Assembly: GCA_018263175.1 (NCBI GenBank)
Contig: JADFDB010000002.1
Coordinates: 1-52,142, forward strand
Direction of reading: 5' to 3'
Length of the DNA stretch: 52,142 bases
Origin: Spirochaetota bacterium
GTDB taxonomy: Bacteria; Spirochaetota; UBA4802; UBA5368
The notes below the pieces were generated by a model, which ran no database searches, had not been told where the DNA came from, and saw nothing but the letters and a program-made list of their open reading frames with translations. Shown here piece after piece: positions 8,171 to 17,711 of this stretch. Position 1 is the first letter of the stretch, and each line of letters opens with the position of its first letter. The position numbers and the translations under genes were made by a program.

Positions 8171-8254
8171 TTGGTGGGAATCCTTGAAATATCGGGTTTT
8201 CCCCGCCGCAGGCGGGGAAAACCCGATATTAGTTCCAGATTATGCACCAACTTT
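8171..8254 (-). repeat. extragenic palindromic repeat family, copy R4 (best-preserved copy)
   Basis: Read on the minus strand: AAAGTTGGTGCATAATCTGGAACTAATATC, then a perfect 20-bp stem AATATCGGGTTTTCCCCGCC / GGCGGGGAAAACCCGATATT with a 3-nt loop (8188..8230), then TTCAAGGATTCCCACCAA. It begins 6 nt after the HAD stop codon. Confidence 0.8.
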
Positions 8255-8259
8255 AATGA

Positions 8260-8916
8260 TTATTTCCATCGCAGGACGGGCCATCCGCGGAGCCGGGCGA
8301 TTCGCCTGAGGCGGCGTCCGGGGGTTACGCACATCGGGAATCCGACCTTGTCCAGCACCGGGAGGTCGGCACCGGAGTCCGCATAGTAAAAAGCCTCCTC
8401 CAGGGAGTTGCCCGTCGCGGCGCAATAGAGAATGACCCGGTTGAGCTTCTCGGCACCATAGCAATATTTTCCGGCCAGCCTGCCGGTCAGAACGCCGTTT
8501 TCGGCCTCGAGGGCGGTGCAGAGGCAGTCGTCCATCTCGAGGTGCTTGCGTACGAGTTCGCAGATGTACGTCGTGGAGGCCGACAAAATGACCGTTTTCC
8601 CGCCGTTGGCGCGGTGAAAGGCTACAGCCTCCGCGGCCGAGCGGCGGATGCGGTCGGTCAGCACATCTTCGAAAAAACGGACGCTGTAGTCCCGGATTTT
8701 TTTCTCAGGCCAGCCGCGGTATTTCATCGCCCAGCGGGCCACGATGGCACCGCTGTCGACGAGTCCCGCCCGGTAGAGGAGCGAGGAGTAAATGCCGAAT
8801 ACGAGCTCGCTGTGGCTGAGCAGGCCGTTTTTGTACGAGTAGCGGACGAGATACCTTCCGCTGCTTCCGGCAAGAAGGGTGTTATCGAGATCGAAAAACG
8901 CGATATATGGTTTCAT
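8260..8916 (-). CDS. HAD-superfamily hydrolase, subfamily IB (SerB-like)
   Basis: Motif I FFDLDNTLL at the N-terminus, a helical cap region, and a C-terminal YADSGADLP acidic motif. 218 aa. Confidence 0.85.
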   Translation of the reverse strand: MKPYIAFFDLDNTLLAGSSGRYLVRYSYKNGLLSHSELVFGIYSSLLYRAGLVDSGAIVARWAMKYRGWPEKKIRDYSVRFFEDVLTDRIRRSAAEAVAFHRANGGKTVILSASTTYICELVRKHLEMDDCLCTALEAENGVLTGRLAGKYCYGAEKLNRVILYCAATGNSLEEAFYYADSGADLPVLDKVGFPMCVTPGRRLRRIARLRGWPVLRWK

Positions 8917-9053
8917 GCATACCCCGCTGTCGCTGGCCTCATGGTGCCGAACGGTCCGAATTTGTCCATATTTTTGTGAAATCGGTGAAGCGGAATTTTT
9001 TTATTATTTACGTTGACAGCCTGCCGTGCGCTCCGATAACCTTTGGTTTTAAG

Positions 9054-10001
9054 ATGAACGGGCTCAAACGAAAAGACATTCTCGATATCCAATCCCTGAC
9101 CACCGAGGAAATATCCCTTATCTGTCAGTCCGCGCGCTATTTCAAGGACCTGTTTACGCGCTCGGTCAAGACGGTTCCGATACTTCGGGGCAAGACCGTC
9201 TGCACCCTCTTTTACGAACCTTCCACGCGGACGCGCATAAGCTTCGAGCTGGCCGCCAAGCGCCTGTCGGCGGATATGATCAATGTGGCCGTGGCGACCT
9301 CGAGCGTGGTGAAGGGGGAGTCGCTTATCGATACCGTGCATACGATGGAGGCCATGAAGGCCGATTACATCGTGATGAGACATGCGGCGTCGCTGGCGCC
9401 GCATTTTTTATCGAAAAATATCGAGGCCTCGGTGATCAATGCCGGAGACGGGTTCCATGCCCATCCTACACAGGCCCTTCTCGACACCTATTCGATCCTC
9501 GAAAAAAAGGGGACACTCGAGGGGCTGCGCATCGGGATCGTGGGAGACATCAAACATTCGAGGGTGGCGCGCTCGGACATGGAGGCGTTCAAGCGCCTTG
9601 GTGCGCGTGTGGTGCTCTGCGGGCCGCCGACCCTTGTTCCGGACGAATTCAAAATATACGATGTGGACATCTCCTACAATTTGGACGAAATTCTTCCCGA
9701 GCTGGACGTCGTCAACATGCTCCGCATACAAAAGGAGCGTCAGAAGGGCTCGCTCTTTCCGTCCCTTCGCGAGTACCACCGGCAGTACGCGTTGACCGGG
9801 GAGCGTCTGGGGCGGTGCAGGAGCGACATTATCGTGATGCATCCCGGTCCCATAAACCGCGGAATAGAGATAGACCACCTCGTGGCGGACAGCCCGAACT
9901 CGATCATCAACGAGCAGGTCACCAACGGTGTGGCGGTTCGCATGGCGATCTTCTACCTGCTGGCCGGCGGAACGCCCCTCGATGAGATGGAAAAGGTGTA
10001 A
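9054..10001 (+). CDS. pyrB: aspartate carbamoyltransferase catalytic subunit
   Basis: EPSTRTR, HAHPTQALLD and MHPGPINRG motifs. The ORF 8907..10001 was trimmed to ATG 9054 (MNGLKRKDILDIQSL). Confidence 0.95.
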   Translation: MNGLKRKDILDIQSLTTEEISLICQSARYFKDLFTRSVKTVPILRGKTVCTLFYEPSTRTRISFELAAKRLSADMINVAVATSSVVKGESLIDTVHTMEAMKADYIVMRHAASLAPHFLSKNIEASVINAGDGFHAHPTQALLDTYSILEKKGTLEGLRIGIVGDIKHSRVARSDMEAFKRLGARVVLCGPPTLVPDEFKIYDVDISYNLDEILPELDVVNMLRIQKERQKGSLFPSLREYHRQYALTGERLGRCRSDIIVMHPGPINRGIEIDHLVADSPNSIINEQVTNGVAVRMAIFYLLAGGTPLDEMEKV

Positions 10002-10003
10002 CG

Positions 10004-11284
10004 ATGGCGATAATAATAAAAAATGGCAGAGTGGTCGATCCGGCCTCCGGCCTCGATGAGCTCATGGACGTGCATATCACCGGGGAGATCGTCTCGCGGG
10101 TGGCCCCGGATATCCCGGTTGAACCGGGGTGCGATCTCATCGACGCGGGCGGGTGCGTCGTGCTGCCGGGCCTTATCGACATGCATGTTCATTTCCGCGA
10201 GCCGGGGAGCGAGGACAAGGAGACCATTATCGGCGGCTCGATCGTGGCGGCCAAGGGCGGCTTCACCTCGGTGTGCACGATGCCCAACACCACGCCGGTC
10301 ATCGACAACCAGGCGCTCGTGCGCTTCATCAAGCTCGAGGCGGAGAAGGGGCCGATCAACGTATTCCCGATCGCGAACATCACCAAGGGGGCGAACGGCG
10401 AGGAGATCACCGAGATGGGCGAGCTCGTGAAGGGGGGCGCGGTCGGCTTCTCCGACGACGGGAAGCCCGTCCTGAGCTCCATACTCATGCGGCGGGCGCT
10501 CGAATACGCGCGCATGTTCGACGTTCCGATCATCACCCATTCAGAGGACACCCTGCTCTCGGACGACGGCATTATCAACGAAGGCACAACAGCGACCCTG
10601 CTCGGGCTCAAGGGGATACCGCGCGAGGCGGAGGAGGTGATGATCGCCCGCGACGTGCTGCTCGCGCGGCTCACCAGGGGAAGGCTCCACATCGCGCACG
10701 TTTCGTCCGGAGGCTCCATCGAGATCATCCAATGGGCCAAATCACGAGGCGTGCAGGTTAGCTGTGAAACGGCGCCTCATTATTTCGCGCTGACCGACGC
10801 GGCGGTTGAGGAGCACCTGTCGATGGCCAAGATGAACCCGCCGCTTCGAACCGAGGAGGACCGTATCGCCATGATAGAGGGCCTGCGTAGCGGTGTCATC
10901 GACGTCATCGCGACCGACCATGCCCCGCACCTTTTAAACGAAAAGATGCAGGAGCTCGAGTACGCGCCCTTCGGCATCATCGGGCTCGAGACCGCGGTCC
11001 CGCTCGTCATCAGCGTGCTGGTTAAGCAAAACGGCTTTTCTCTCGGCGCGGCCTTCAGGCCGCTGACGATCAACCCGTCGAACATCCTCGGCCTCGGTCG
11101 CGGAGAGCTCAAGGCGGGCGCGGTCGCCGACATAGCCATCGTCAATGCGGATAAAAAAATCCGTATCGATGACAGCTTCATCATCTCCCGCTGTAAAAAC
11201 ACACCGTTTATGGGAATGGAGCTGTACGGCTCCGTCGAGTATACCATCTGTTCGGGCAGGGTGGTGTACTCGGCCGGGCATTGA
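10004..11284 (+). CDS. pyrC: dihydroorotase
   Basis: DMHVHFREPG, HIAHVSS and ATDHAPH metal-ligand motifs. Lies immediately downstream of pyrB. Confidence 0.95.
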   Translation: MAIIIKNGRVVDPASGLDELMDVHITGEIVSRVAPDIPVEPGCDLIDAGGCVVLPGLIDMHVHFREPGSEDKETIIGGSIVAAKGGFTSVCTMPNTTPVIDNQALVRFIKLEAEKGPINVFPIANITKGANGEEITEMGELVKGGAVGFSDDGKPVLSSILMRRALEYARMFDVPIITHSEDTLLSDDGIINEGTTATLLGLKGIPREAEEVMIARDVLLARLTRGRLHIAHVSSGGSIEIIQWAKSRGVQVSCETAPHYFALTDAAVEEHLSMAKMNPPLRTEEDRIAMIEGLRSGVIDVIATDHAPHLLNEKMQELEYAPFGIIGLETAVPLVISVLVKQNGFSLGAAFRPLTINPSNILGLGRGELKAGAVADIAIVNADKKIRIDDSFIISRCKNTPFMGMELYGSVEYTICSGRVVYSAGH

Positions 11285-11357
11285 CCCCCGCCCTGCAGCT
11301 TCGGCGGCCGGCGACGTCTTGAGACGGAAGACGCCATCGGCGGCAATGGGTATGCGA

Positions 11358-13880
11358 TCAGGGATACGGCATCTTTATCGTAAAAACCGTTTCCACTCCC
11401 CGCGCATATTCCAGCCCGCCCTGCAACTGCCGGGCGAGGACTCGTGCGAGCTCGATTCCCAGGCCTTTTGAAGCGGCGATATCGAAATCTTCCGGCGGAC
11501 CGATGCCGTTGTCGGCCACCTCGAGCAGAAGGCCGTTTTCGGTCCGTGCGAGCCTGATCCGCAGCCTCCCGCTTCGCCCCTCCGGGAATGCGTGTTTGAG
11601 GGCGTTGGTGACCAGTTCGTTCAGCACGATCCCGATGGATGCCGCCCTCTTGAAATCCACACAGACCCTGTCCAGGGCGAAATCGATATCGATGCTCCTG
11701 CCGGCCTCGAGGTGCGTGGCGAGCAGAGACCTGCCGATCTGTTCGAGGTAGGTGTCTATATGGATTTCATCCCCGCCCTGGGATTGATAGAGCAGCGTAT
11801 AGAGCCTGGAGAGCGTGTTGACCCGGGTGTGGATGTTTTTAAGGCAGGAGCGGGCCTCATCGTTTTTGGAGCGGCCCGCCTCCAGGTTGATGAGCGAGGT
11901 GATCATGCTCAGGCTGTTTTTTACGCGGTGCTGCAACTCGCGCAGCAGAAGCTCCTTCTCCCGCAGTGACCACTCGAGCGCCCGCTCGGCGCGGTGCCGC
12001 TGCAGCGCGATGGAGGCCTGCTTGACGAAGGCCTCGACGATCGAGGTGTTGTCCAGGGTCATGCCGCGCGGCGCGATGAGCAGCACGTTGCCGTAGAGCG
12101 TTTCGTGCCGCGCGAAGCCCATCCCGTAAATGGTCCCGATGTCGAGCAGCCGGTCGATCTCCATACATGCGGTCATGGGCAGGGTCCCGCCCGACAGTTC
12201 GTGGGTTCCACCCGGCGCGATCCTCACCTGCTGGCCCAACAGCGCCTGCCGGTGCTCGACCGGCATTGTTGTCCTGAGGCCGAGGGGGCTTCTGCCGAGG
12301 AGTTGTATCACGCTGTCGAGCACGCCCTCCTCGCCGGCGAGTGCGCGAATGACGGTCGAGTTACCCGACGGGTCGAATTCGTTGACGAGGACTTTGAACG
12401 TGGGCAGAATCTCATGAAGGCAGCGCGCAATGTATTCATGGATATCGACGTTTACGGGCAGATCGACGAAGCCCATCGCACAGCGCGAGAGAAAGGCCAT
12501 GTCGGAGGAATATCGGGTTATTTTCATCTCGGCGATCCGGCGCTCGTCCTCTTTGCGGAGGTATTGCATGCGGGCGAAGAGGAGCGGCGAAATATACCGG
12601 GACATCTCCTCGAGATCTTCGAGGTGGCGGTCGTCGTACCCTCCGGGTTTGTTGGCGAGCGTGAAATTGCCGATGACCCTGTCGCCATACATGATCGGCG
12701 TGCAAAGAGCGTTCGCAAGCGGTGCATGGCCGGGGGGAGCGTAAAGGCCGTCGTTTTGATACAGGGGGCGCCCTTCGGTCAGGGCGCGGCCCCACAGCCC
12801 CTTCCAGGCCTCGTGCGGGAAAACCCGGTCGCTTTTCGGGACATCGCATGAAGCCGGGTTCATTCCGGCCATCGCCAGATTGACGAGTCGTCCCTCTTCG
12901 TCGATATGGCCGAAAAAGGCAAGCTCGCTGTGGAGCATCTCCCGAACGATTCCGAGGATCGCGTCATACAGGTCATCGCCCGGAACGGTGAGAAAAAGCT
13001 GGGCGATTCGGTTGCGAAGATACAGCTTTTTTTCCGAGGAGAGCAGGCGCTCCTCCGCGCGCCTGATTTCGGTGATGTCCCGTATGAACCCTCCCACGCC
13101 GGGGTTCCCGCCGGCAAGGCTGACGGGGAATTTGCGCGACTCGTAAACCCGGCCGTCGACCTCCTCTATACTGATGGCGAGCCTGTTCATCCTGAGGGCC
13201 TGCCGGTCGGTATGAAGGCAGTGTGCGGCCGCGCTTTCGCTCATGAGATCGAAATCGGTCTTTCCGAGGATCTCCCCCTCCGTTCGGTTAAGAAACTCCC
13301 GGTTGGCCCTGTTGAGCATGAGGTAGCGCAGGCGGTCGTCTTTGATAAAGACGAGATCGGTAGTCGAGTCAAGAAGAGATCCATACAGCTCGCCGCTTAA
13401 GCGCGTAAAATCGCGTACGGGGGAGGTGGTTCCGGCGGCCGGCTTGCGCCCTTTCGATGGAGGCTCAATCGCGCCCGGCCGGATAGGAGGTCCGCCGGTT
13501 CCAGCGTGAAGGCGCAGGGCTGTTTCCAGCGAAGCGAGAAGAAGGCCTTTGCCGGATTCCTTTTCCACGAACCCGTAGGCGGCGGGTATACCAGCTTTAA
13601 AAAGATCGCCGGTATCGCGGGAACAGAGAAAGACGATCGGGATGTTTCGGTCCCCGAAAGGGGCGTCGGCCGAAAGGCTTCCACCGGAAGATCGGAAAAG
13701 ATCGAGGTCCGTGAGCAGGAGGTTTATCGTCCGCGCGCCTTCCAGAATTTCGACGGCTTTTTTTACGGTCTTTGCGCGCAGAACGGCATAGCCGGCGGAT
13801 TTCAGCAGTGCGCTGATCGACGGCACACCGTGGAACCCGGCCGATACAAGCAGTATGGTCTTTTTTTCGCGTGTGGACAT
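11358..13880 (-). CDS. sensor histidine kinase with N-terminal atypical receiver, PAS and GAF domains, and a HisKA_2/HWE-type kinase core
   Basis: REC-like N-terminus with LLLTDLDL but lacking the acidic DD pair (ILLVSAG). H-box LQHRVKNSLSMI, N-box ELVTNALKHAF, G-box DNGIG. Confidence 0.85.
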   Translation of the reverse strand: MSTREKKTILLVSAGFHGVPSISALLKSAGYAVLRAKTVKKAVEILEGARTINLLLTDLDLFRSSGGSLSADAPFGDRNIPIVFLCSRDTGDLFKAGIPAAYGFVEKESGKGLLLASLETALRLHAGTGGPPIRPGAIEPPSKGRKPAAGTTSPVRDFTRLSGELYGSLLDSTTDLVFIKDDRLRYLMLNRANREFLNRTEGEILGKTDFDLMSESAAAHCLHTDRQALRMNRLAISIEEVDGRVYESRKFPVSLAGGNPGVGGFIRDITEIRRAEERLLSSEKKLYLRNRIAQLFLTVPGDDLYDAILGIVREMLHSELAFFGHIDEEGRLVNLAMAGMNPASCDVPKSDRVFPHEAWKGLWGRALTEGRPLYQNDGLYAPPGHAPLANALCTPIMYGDRVIGNFTLANKPGGYDDRHLEDLEEMSRYISPLLFARMQYLRKEDERRIAEMKITRYSSDMAFLSRCAMGFVDLPVNVDIHEYIARCLHEILPTFKVLVNEFDPSGNSTVIRALAGEEGVLDSVIQLLGRSPLGLRTTMPVEHRQALLGQQVRIAPGGTHELSGGTLPMTACMEIDRLLDIGTIYGMGFARHETLYGNVLLIAPRGMTLDNTSIVEAFVKQASIALQRHRAERALEWSLREKELLLRELQHRVKNSLSMITSLINLEAGRSKNDEARSCLKNIHTRVNTLSRLYTLLYQSQGGDEIHIDTYLEQIGRSLLATHLEAGRSIDIDFALDRVCVDFKRAASIGIVLNELVTNALKHAFPEGRSGRLRIRLARTENGLLLEVADNGIGPPEDFDIAASKGLGIELARVLARQLQGGLEYARGVETVFTIKMPYP

Positions 13881-14132
13881 GTACCCACCAGTGACCGCCG
13901 CGTATCGCGATGAAGGCCGGCCATCCCGCGTGCCGGTCGTGTTTAGCGACCGGCGCCGGAACGACCCTCGGCGCCCGGTAGGAAGGGCTGCGGCGTTCCG
14001 TAAAGCTCAGGGTGTAGCGTGCATGGAGGGTGGAAAGCTTGCAATCACTTTATCGATCCAAAACCGTGCGGCCACGCGGGTGATGCGCCGCCGGCAGCTT
14101 GCGGCGAAGGCTGCCGACGCATCTGAGGGCAC

Positions 14133-14432
14133 CTATCCGATGTCGAGCATTTTCGCGGCTACGCGGTACCGGCCGCCGGGCAGTCCCTCGACGCGAAGCA
14201 CCTCGATACGGGCGTGCATGGGCTCAAACCTGGGATTGCCGAGGTCGAGGGAAACGGCAAGCCGCTCCCCGGCGGACAGGGCGGTCGCAGTTTCCATCTG
14301 CATCCCGGTGTGGCTCAGATCGAGGCATCGGCCTGAAAAAACGGTGTCAGAGCCGTCGCGGGTGAATGAGAGCCGCGTGTCCATCTCCATGCGGATAAAA
14401 TCCCGCCGCTCGTTATGGTGAAGTCCTGGCAA
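14133..14432 (-). CDS. PilZ-domain protein (c-di-GMP receptor type)
   Basis: RRDFIR (RxxxR) and DLSHTG (DxSxxG) motifs. Preferred start is TTG 14432, 8 nt after AAGGAGG. The maximal ORF extends to GTG 14555 without an SD. Confidence 0.75.
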   Translation of the reverse strand: MPGLHHNERRDFIRMEMDTRLSFTRDGSDTVFSGRCLDLSHTGMQMETATALSAGERLAVSLDLGNPRFEPMHARIEVLRVEGLPGGRYRVAAKMLDIG

Positions 14433-14650
14433 GGGCGATACCTCCTTCTGCCGTGTTATTTCCGGCGGCACCGGCCGCGGGGCATTCGATACGCTTTCCC
14501 TATGAATATCGGCCTGAAGCGGTCCGTATTTAAGGCCCTGAAGCGGCAGGCGCACGGGCGAATGAAATACTTGACTTCGATGGAAAACAGGACAGGATCG
14601 AGGGAACAGGGCCGTACGGATCGGGACGGTTCCCTGATACGAGGATTGGA

Positions 14651-17600
14651 GTGGGAGAGACGAAGAAACAGCTCAGGGCGCTCCTTCGGGCGGCATTCGA
14701 TATAAACTTCCAGGCGATGGTGCACATTGGGAGGGACCGGACAATCCTTGCGATGAACGCGAGCGCGCATGAGCTTGTCCACCGGGTCTACGGCAGGGAA
14801 ATTCTGCCCGGCGAAGCGGCCGCCGGACTGCTTCCTCCCGACGATCTGGATGCTTTCTCGGCCGGTCTCGTGAAGGCGCTGGATGGAGAGCGTGGGCGGG
14901 AGCGGCTTTTCACGATCGTGAAGGGCGTCGACGACGAGGAATACTGGCTCGAGTACCTGTTTTATCCGGTCGAGGTGGATGGTACGGTCGAAAGCGTCTT
15001 CATGGCCGTCGAAAATATCACCGGGCGAAAGATCGCCATCGACGAGATTGCCCGCAGCGCCCGGCGCTATGAGTCGCTGGTGCAGAACTCATCCGACATC
15101 ATCATCGTCTTAAACCGCGACGCGACGGTCCGCTACGTGAGCGATACGGTGGAGCAGATGCTCGGCTACCGCCCGCGGGAGCTTGTGGACAAAGACCTAA
15201 CGGATTGGATATTTGCCGGGGACCTGCGCGCGTTTCGCAACGCGCTCGACAGGGTCGCCTCGCGCAGAGGGACGCAGTTCTTCACTCAGTTCAGGTTCCG
15301 GCACCGTAAAGGCGAATGGGTCTTCTTCGAGGCGGTGGGAAACAACATGCTCGAAGACGAGGCGATACAGGGCCTCGTGCTCAACTGGCGTGACGTGACG
15401 GAGCGGAAGCACTACGAGGAGATGCTGGCCAAAATCAGCAGGCAGAGCGAGCTGATCCTTGAGGCCGCCGGTGAGGGCGTGTACGGAATCAACACGGAGG
15501 GGTTGATCACCTTCGTCAATCCGGCGGCGGCGCGGATGATGGGAATGCGCGTCGAGGAGATGATCGGCAGGGACCACGGCGAGGTCGTTCGCCAGAGCGG
15601 AGAGAACGGCACGCTCCGCCCCGAGGAGGAGGGTCTTTATTTCGAGGCAATGCGCGACGGCAGGGTGCACACCGGGGACGGGGTCCTCTTTCGCCGTCTC
15701 GACGGATCGCTTTTCCCGGTGCAGTATATCGCGACGCCGATCCTCGAGCGCGGCCGAATCGTGGGGGCGGTGGTGACCTTCAACGATATAACCGGGCGCA
15801 GGAGGGCGGAGGAAGACCTGCGCCGGGCCAAGGAGGAAGCCGACGCCGCCAATCGTGCGAAGAGCGAGTTCCTCGCGAACATGAGCCATGAGATACGGAC
15901 CCCGATCAACAGCCTGCTCGGATTTCTCGAACTGCTGCGCGATACCGGCCTCGATTCGACCCAGCGGGAATACGTCGACCTCATAAGCGAAAGCGGACGG
16001 AGCCTGCTCGGCATCATAAGCGACATACTGGATTATTCCAAAATTGAACGCGGTAAAATGGATATCGAATCAAGCGCGTTCCCCGCGCGTTCGGCGTTTG
16101 AGTCCGCGGTCGAGCTGTTCGCCGCACGGGCCTCGGAGAAGCGGATCCGCCTCCTTTCATTCATCGATCCCCTCATCCCGCGCGTGCTGATCGGCGATTC
16201 CCTGCGGGTGCGCCAGGTGCTGAACAACCTGATCGCGAACGCCATAAAGTTTACCCCGCCGGAAGGTACGGTGACCATAGAGGTGGAGTGCGGGGAAAAA
16301 TGTGGGAATGAATGCAGGGTGCGCTTCTGCGTACGGGACACCGGCGTTGGTATCGCACCCGACAAGAAAAGCGTTATCTTCGAATCGTTCCGCCAGGAGG
16401 ACAATTCAATCGCACGGCGTTACGGTGGTACGGGGCTTGGCCTTGCCATCAGCTCGAATTTCGTCCGGCTTATGGGCGGCCAGATAGGCCTTGAGAGCGA
16501 AAAGGGCGCGGGCAGCCGCTTTTTCTTCGAGCTTGTTTTCGGGATCGAGGAGGATGCATCCGCGCCGCAGGCGCCACTTGATGCGGCGATTGGAAAAGTT
16601 TTTATTCTCCGATTCGAGGAAAAGCCGGCGCTTCAGGAGACGATCATCGCGCGCTATCTGAACGCGCTGGGCATCGATGCGCAGGATAGTACATGGAGTG
16701 GCGTATTCTCGGACGAGCTTCGGGGAAGGGTCGTATTCGCCGATGTGAGCCTTCTACCGGAGGAGCGTATACGCGCCATCATGGAGTCGCCGCCGGAGCG
16801 CCTGGTGCTCATCGCCGAGGAGCGGCAGAGGTTGTTCCTCGAGCGGGAAGGCCGGGCCGGCGTCATGACGCTCTACATGCCCCTCTCGGCAACACGGCTT
16901 CTCACCGCGCTCGTCTGCGCGCCGGGGCCGGAGAGGGCCGGATCGCTTTCAGGCGGGGAGGTTCCGTTTAACGGGCACGCGCTGGTTGCGGAGGACGCTC
17001 CGGCGAATCAGAGGCTGATACGGATAATGCTCGAGCGGCTCGGCTTTTCCGTCGCAATCGCCGCCGATGGTATCCGGGCGGTCGAAATGTTTCGCGAGGG
17101 CGCCTTCGATATAATCTTTATGGACATCGGTATGCCCGTGCTCGACGGCGTCGAAGCGGCCGCCCGGATTCATGCCATAGAAAGGGAAGAATCGCGCCGG
17201 CATACACCGATTGTGGCCCTCACCGCGCACGCGGTGAAGGGGGAGCGTGAACGGCTGCTCGCCGCGGGAATGGACGAGTATCTCTCCAAGCCGGTGGACA
17301 TGAGCTCGCTTCGGCGGGTCGCTGAATCATTCCTGAACGGGAGCGGTCGCAGGGGAAGCCACGCGCATGAGGAAGGGGCGGCGCTTCCCGACCTGAACGA
17401 GACGGCGCGCGAGCTCGGGATAGACCGGGAGGAGCTCGGGGGGCTCATCGATGATTTTCTCTCCTCGTCGGAGGAATACCTCGGGATGCTCGATGCATCG
17501 TCGGGAGCCGGCGCGCCGGACACACTGCGCTTTGCCGCGCATCGATTGAAGGGGGCCGCGTCGAATTATCGATTTGCGCGGCTTTCGGAGCTTTCGGGCA

Positions 17601-17707
17601 AACTCGAGGAGGCGGCCGAAAACGGAAACAATGCCGATTTCGGGGCGCTCGTGGCGGGGATACGCCACGAGATGGAGCGCCTTCGAAGGATGCTGCGAAC
17701 GCGATGA
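14651..17707 (+). CDS. hybrid sensor histidine kinase (multiple PAS, HisKA, HATPase, REC, HPt)
   Basis: H-box SHEIRTPIN, G2 box GTGLGLAIS, receiver DIIFMDIGMPVLDG..LSKP, and C-terminal HPt HRLKGAASN. GTG start with GAGGA upstream. Confidence 0.9.
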   Translation: MGETKKQLRALLRAAFDINFQAMVHIGRDRTILAMNASAHELVHRVYGREILPGEAAAGLLPPDDLDAFSAGLVKALDGERGRERLFTIVKGVDDEEYWLEYLFYPVEVDGTVESVFMAVENITGRKIAIDEIARSARRYESLVQNSSDIIIVLNRDATVRYVSDTVEQMLGYRPRELVDKDLTDWIFAGDLRAFRNALDRVASRRGTQFFTQFRFRHRKGEWVFFEAVGNNMLEDEAIQGLVLNWRDVTERKHYEEMLAKISRQSELILEAAGEGVYGINTEGLITFVNPAAARMMGMRVEEMIGRDHGEVVRQSGENGTLRPEEEGLYFEAMRDGRVHTGDGVLFRRLDGSLFPVQYIATPILERGRIVGAVVTFNDITGRRRAEEDLRRAKEEADAANRAKSEFLANMSHEIRTPINSLLGFLELLRDTGLDSTQREYVDLISESGRSLLGIISDILDYSKIERGKMDIESSAFPARSAFESAVELFAARASEKRIRLLSFIDPLIPRVLIGDSLRVRQVLNNLIANAIKFTPPEGTVTIEVECGEKCGNECRVRFCVRDTGVGIAPDKKSVIFESFRQEDNSIARRYGGTGLGLAISSNFVRLMGGQIGLESEKGAGSRFFFELVFGIEEDASAPQAPLDAAIGKVFILRFEEKPALQETIIARYLNALGIDAQDSTWSGVFSDELRGRVVFADVSLLPEERIRAIMESPPERLVLIAEERQRLFLEREGRAGVMTLYMPLSATRLLTALVCAPGPERAGSLSGGEVPFNGHALVAEDAPANQRLIRIMLERLGFSVAIAADGIRAVEMFREGAFDIIFMDIGMPVLDGVEAAARIHAIEREESRRHTPIVALTAHAVKGERERLLAAGMDEYLSKPVDMSSLRRVAESFLNGSGRRGSHAHEEGAALPDLNETARELGIDREELGGLIDDFLSSSEEYLGMLDASSGAGAPDTLRFAAHRLKGAASNYRFARLSELSGKLEEAAENGNNADFGALVAGIRHEMERLRRMLRTR

Positions 17708-17711
17708 GCGC

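Noticed and set aside
8188-8230. The GGTTTTCCCCGCC-NNN-GGCGGGGAAAACC hairpins resemble type I-E/I-F CRISPR repeats, which also have a CCCCGC..GCGGGG stem. Could these be a CRISPR array or orphan repeats?
   Set aside because: Copies are solitary, inverted, or tandem with an 87-bp period. That is not a regular repeat-spacer array with 28-37-nt repeats and about 32-nt spacers. The palindrome extends symmetrically through the T/A runs, unlike CRISPR repeats. Conserved non-palindromic flanking boxes travel with the hairpin. No cas genes are in the window.
8907-9053. An N-terminal extension of pyrB, and likewise of rlmI, ileS, lspA, the fadD-like gene, nagB-like gene, TetR gene and arsR in the ORF track.
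   Set aside because: The extensions lack homology-like sequence and run into promoters or repeats. Internal ATGs give canonical N-termini, often with an SD.
14060-14095. CCGTGCGGCCACGCGG hairpin next to a short A/T run, as a terminator for the PilZ gene.
   Set aside because: The stem needs a G-T wobble that becomes a C-A mismatch on the relevant (minus) strand, and a C-A mismatch interrupts it. The evidence is too weak to call.
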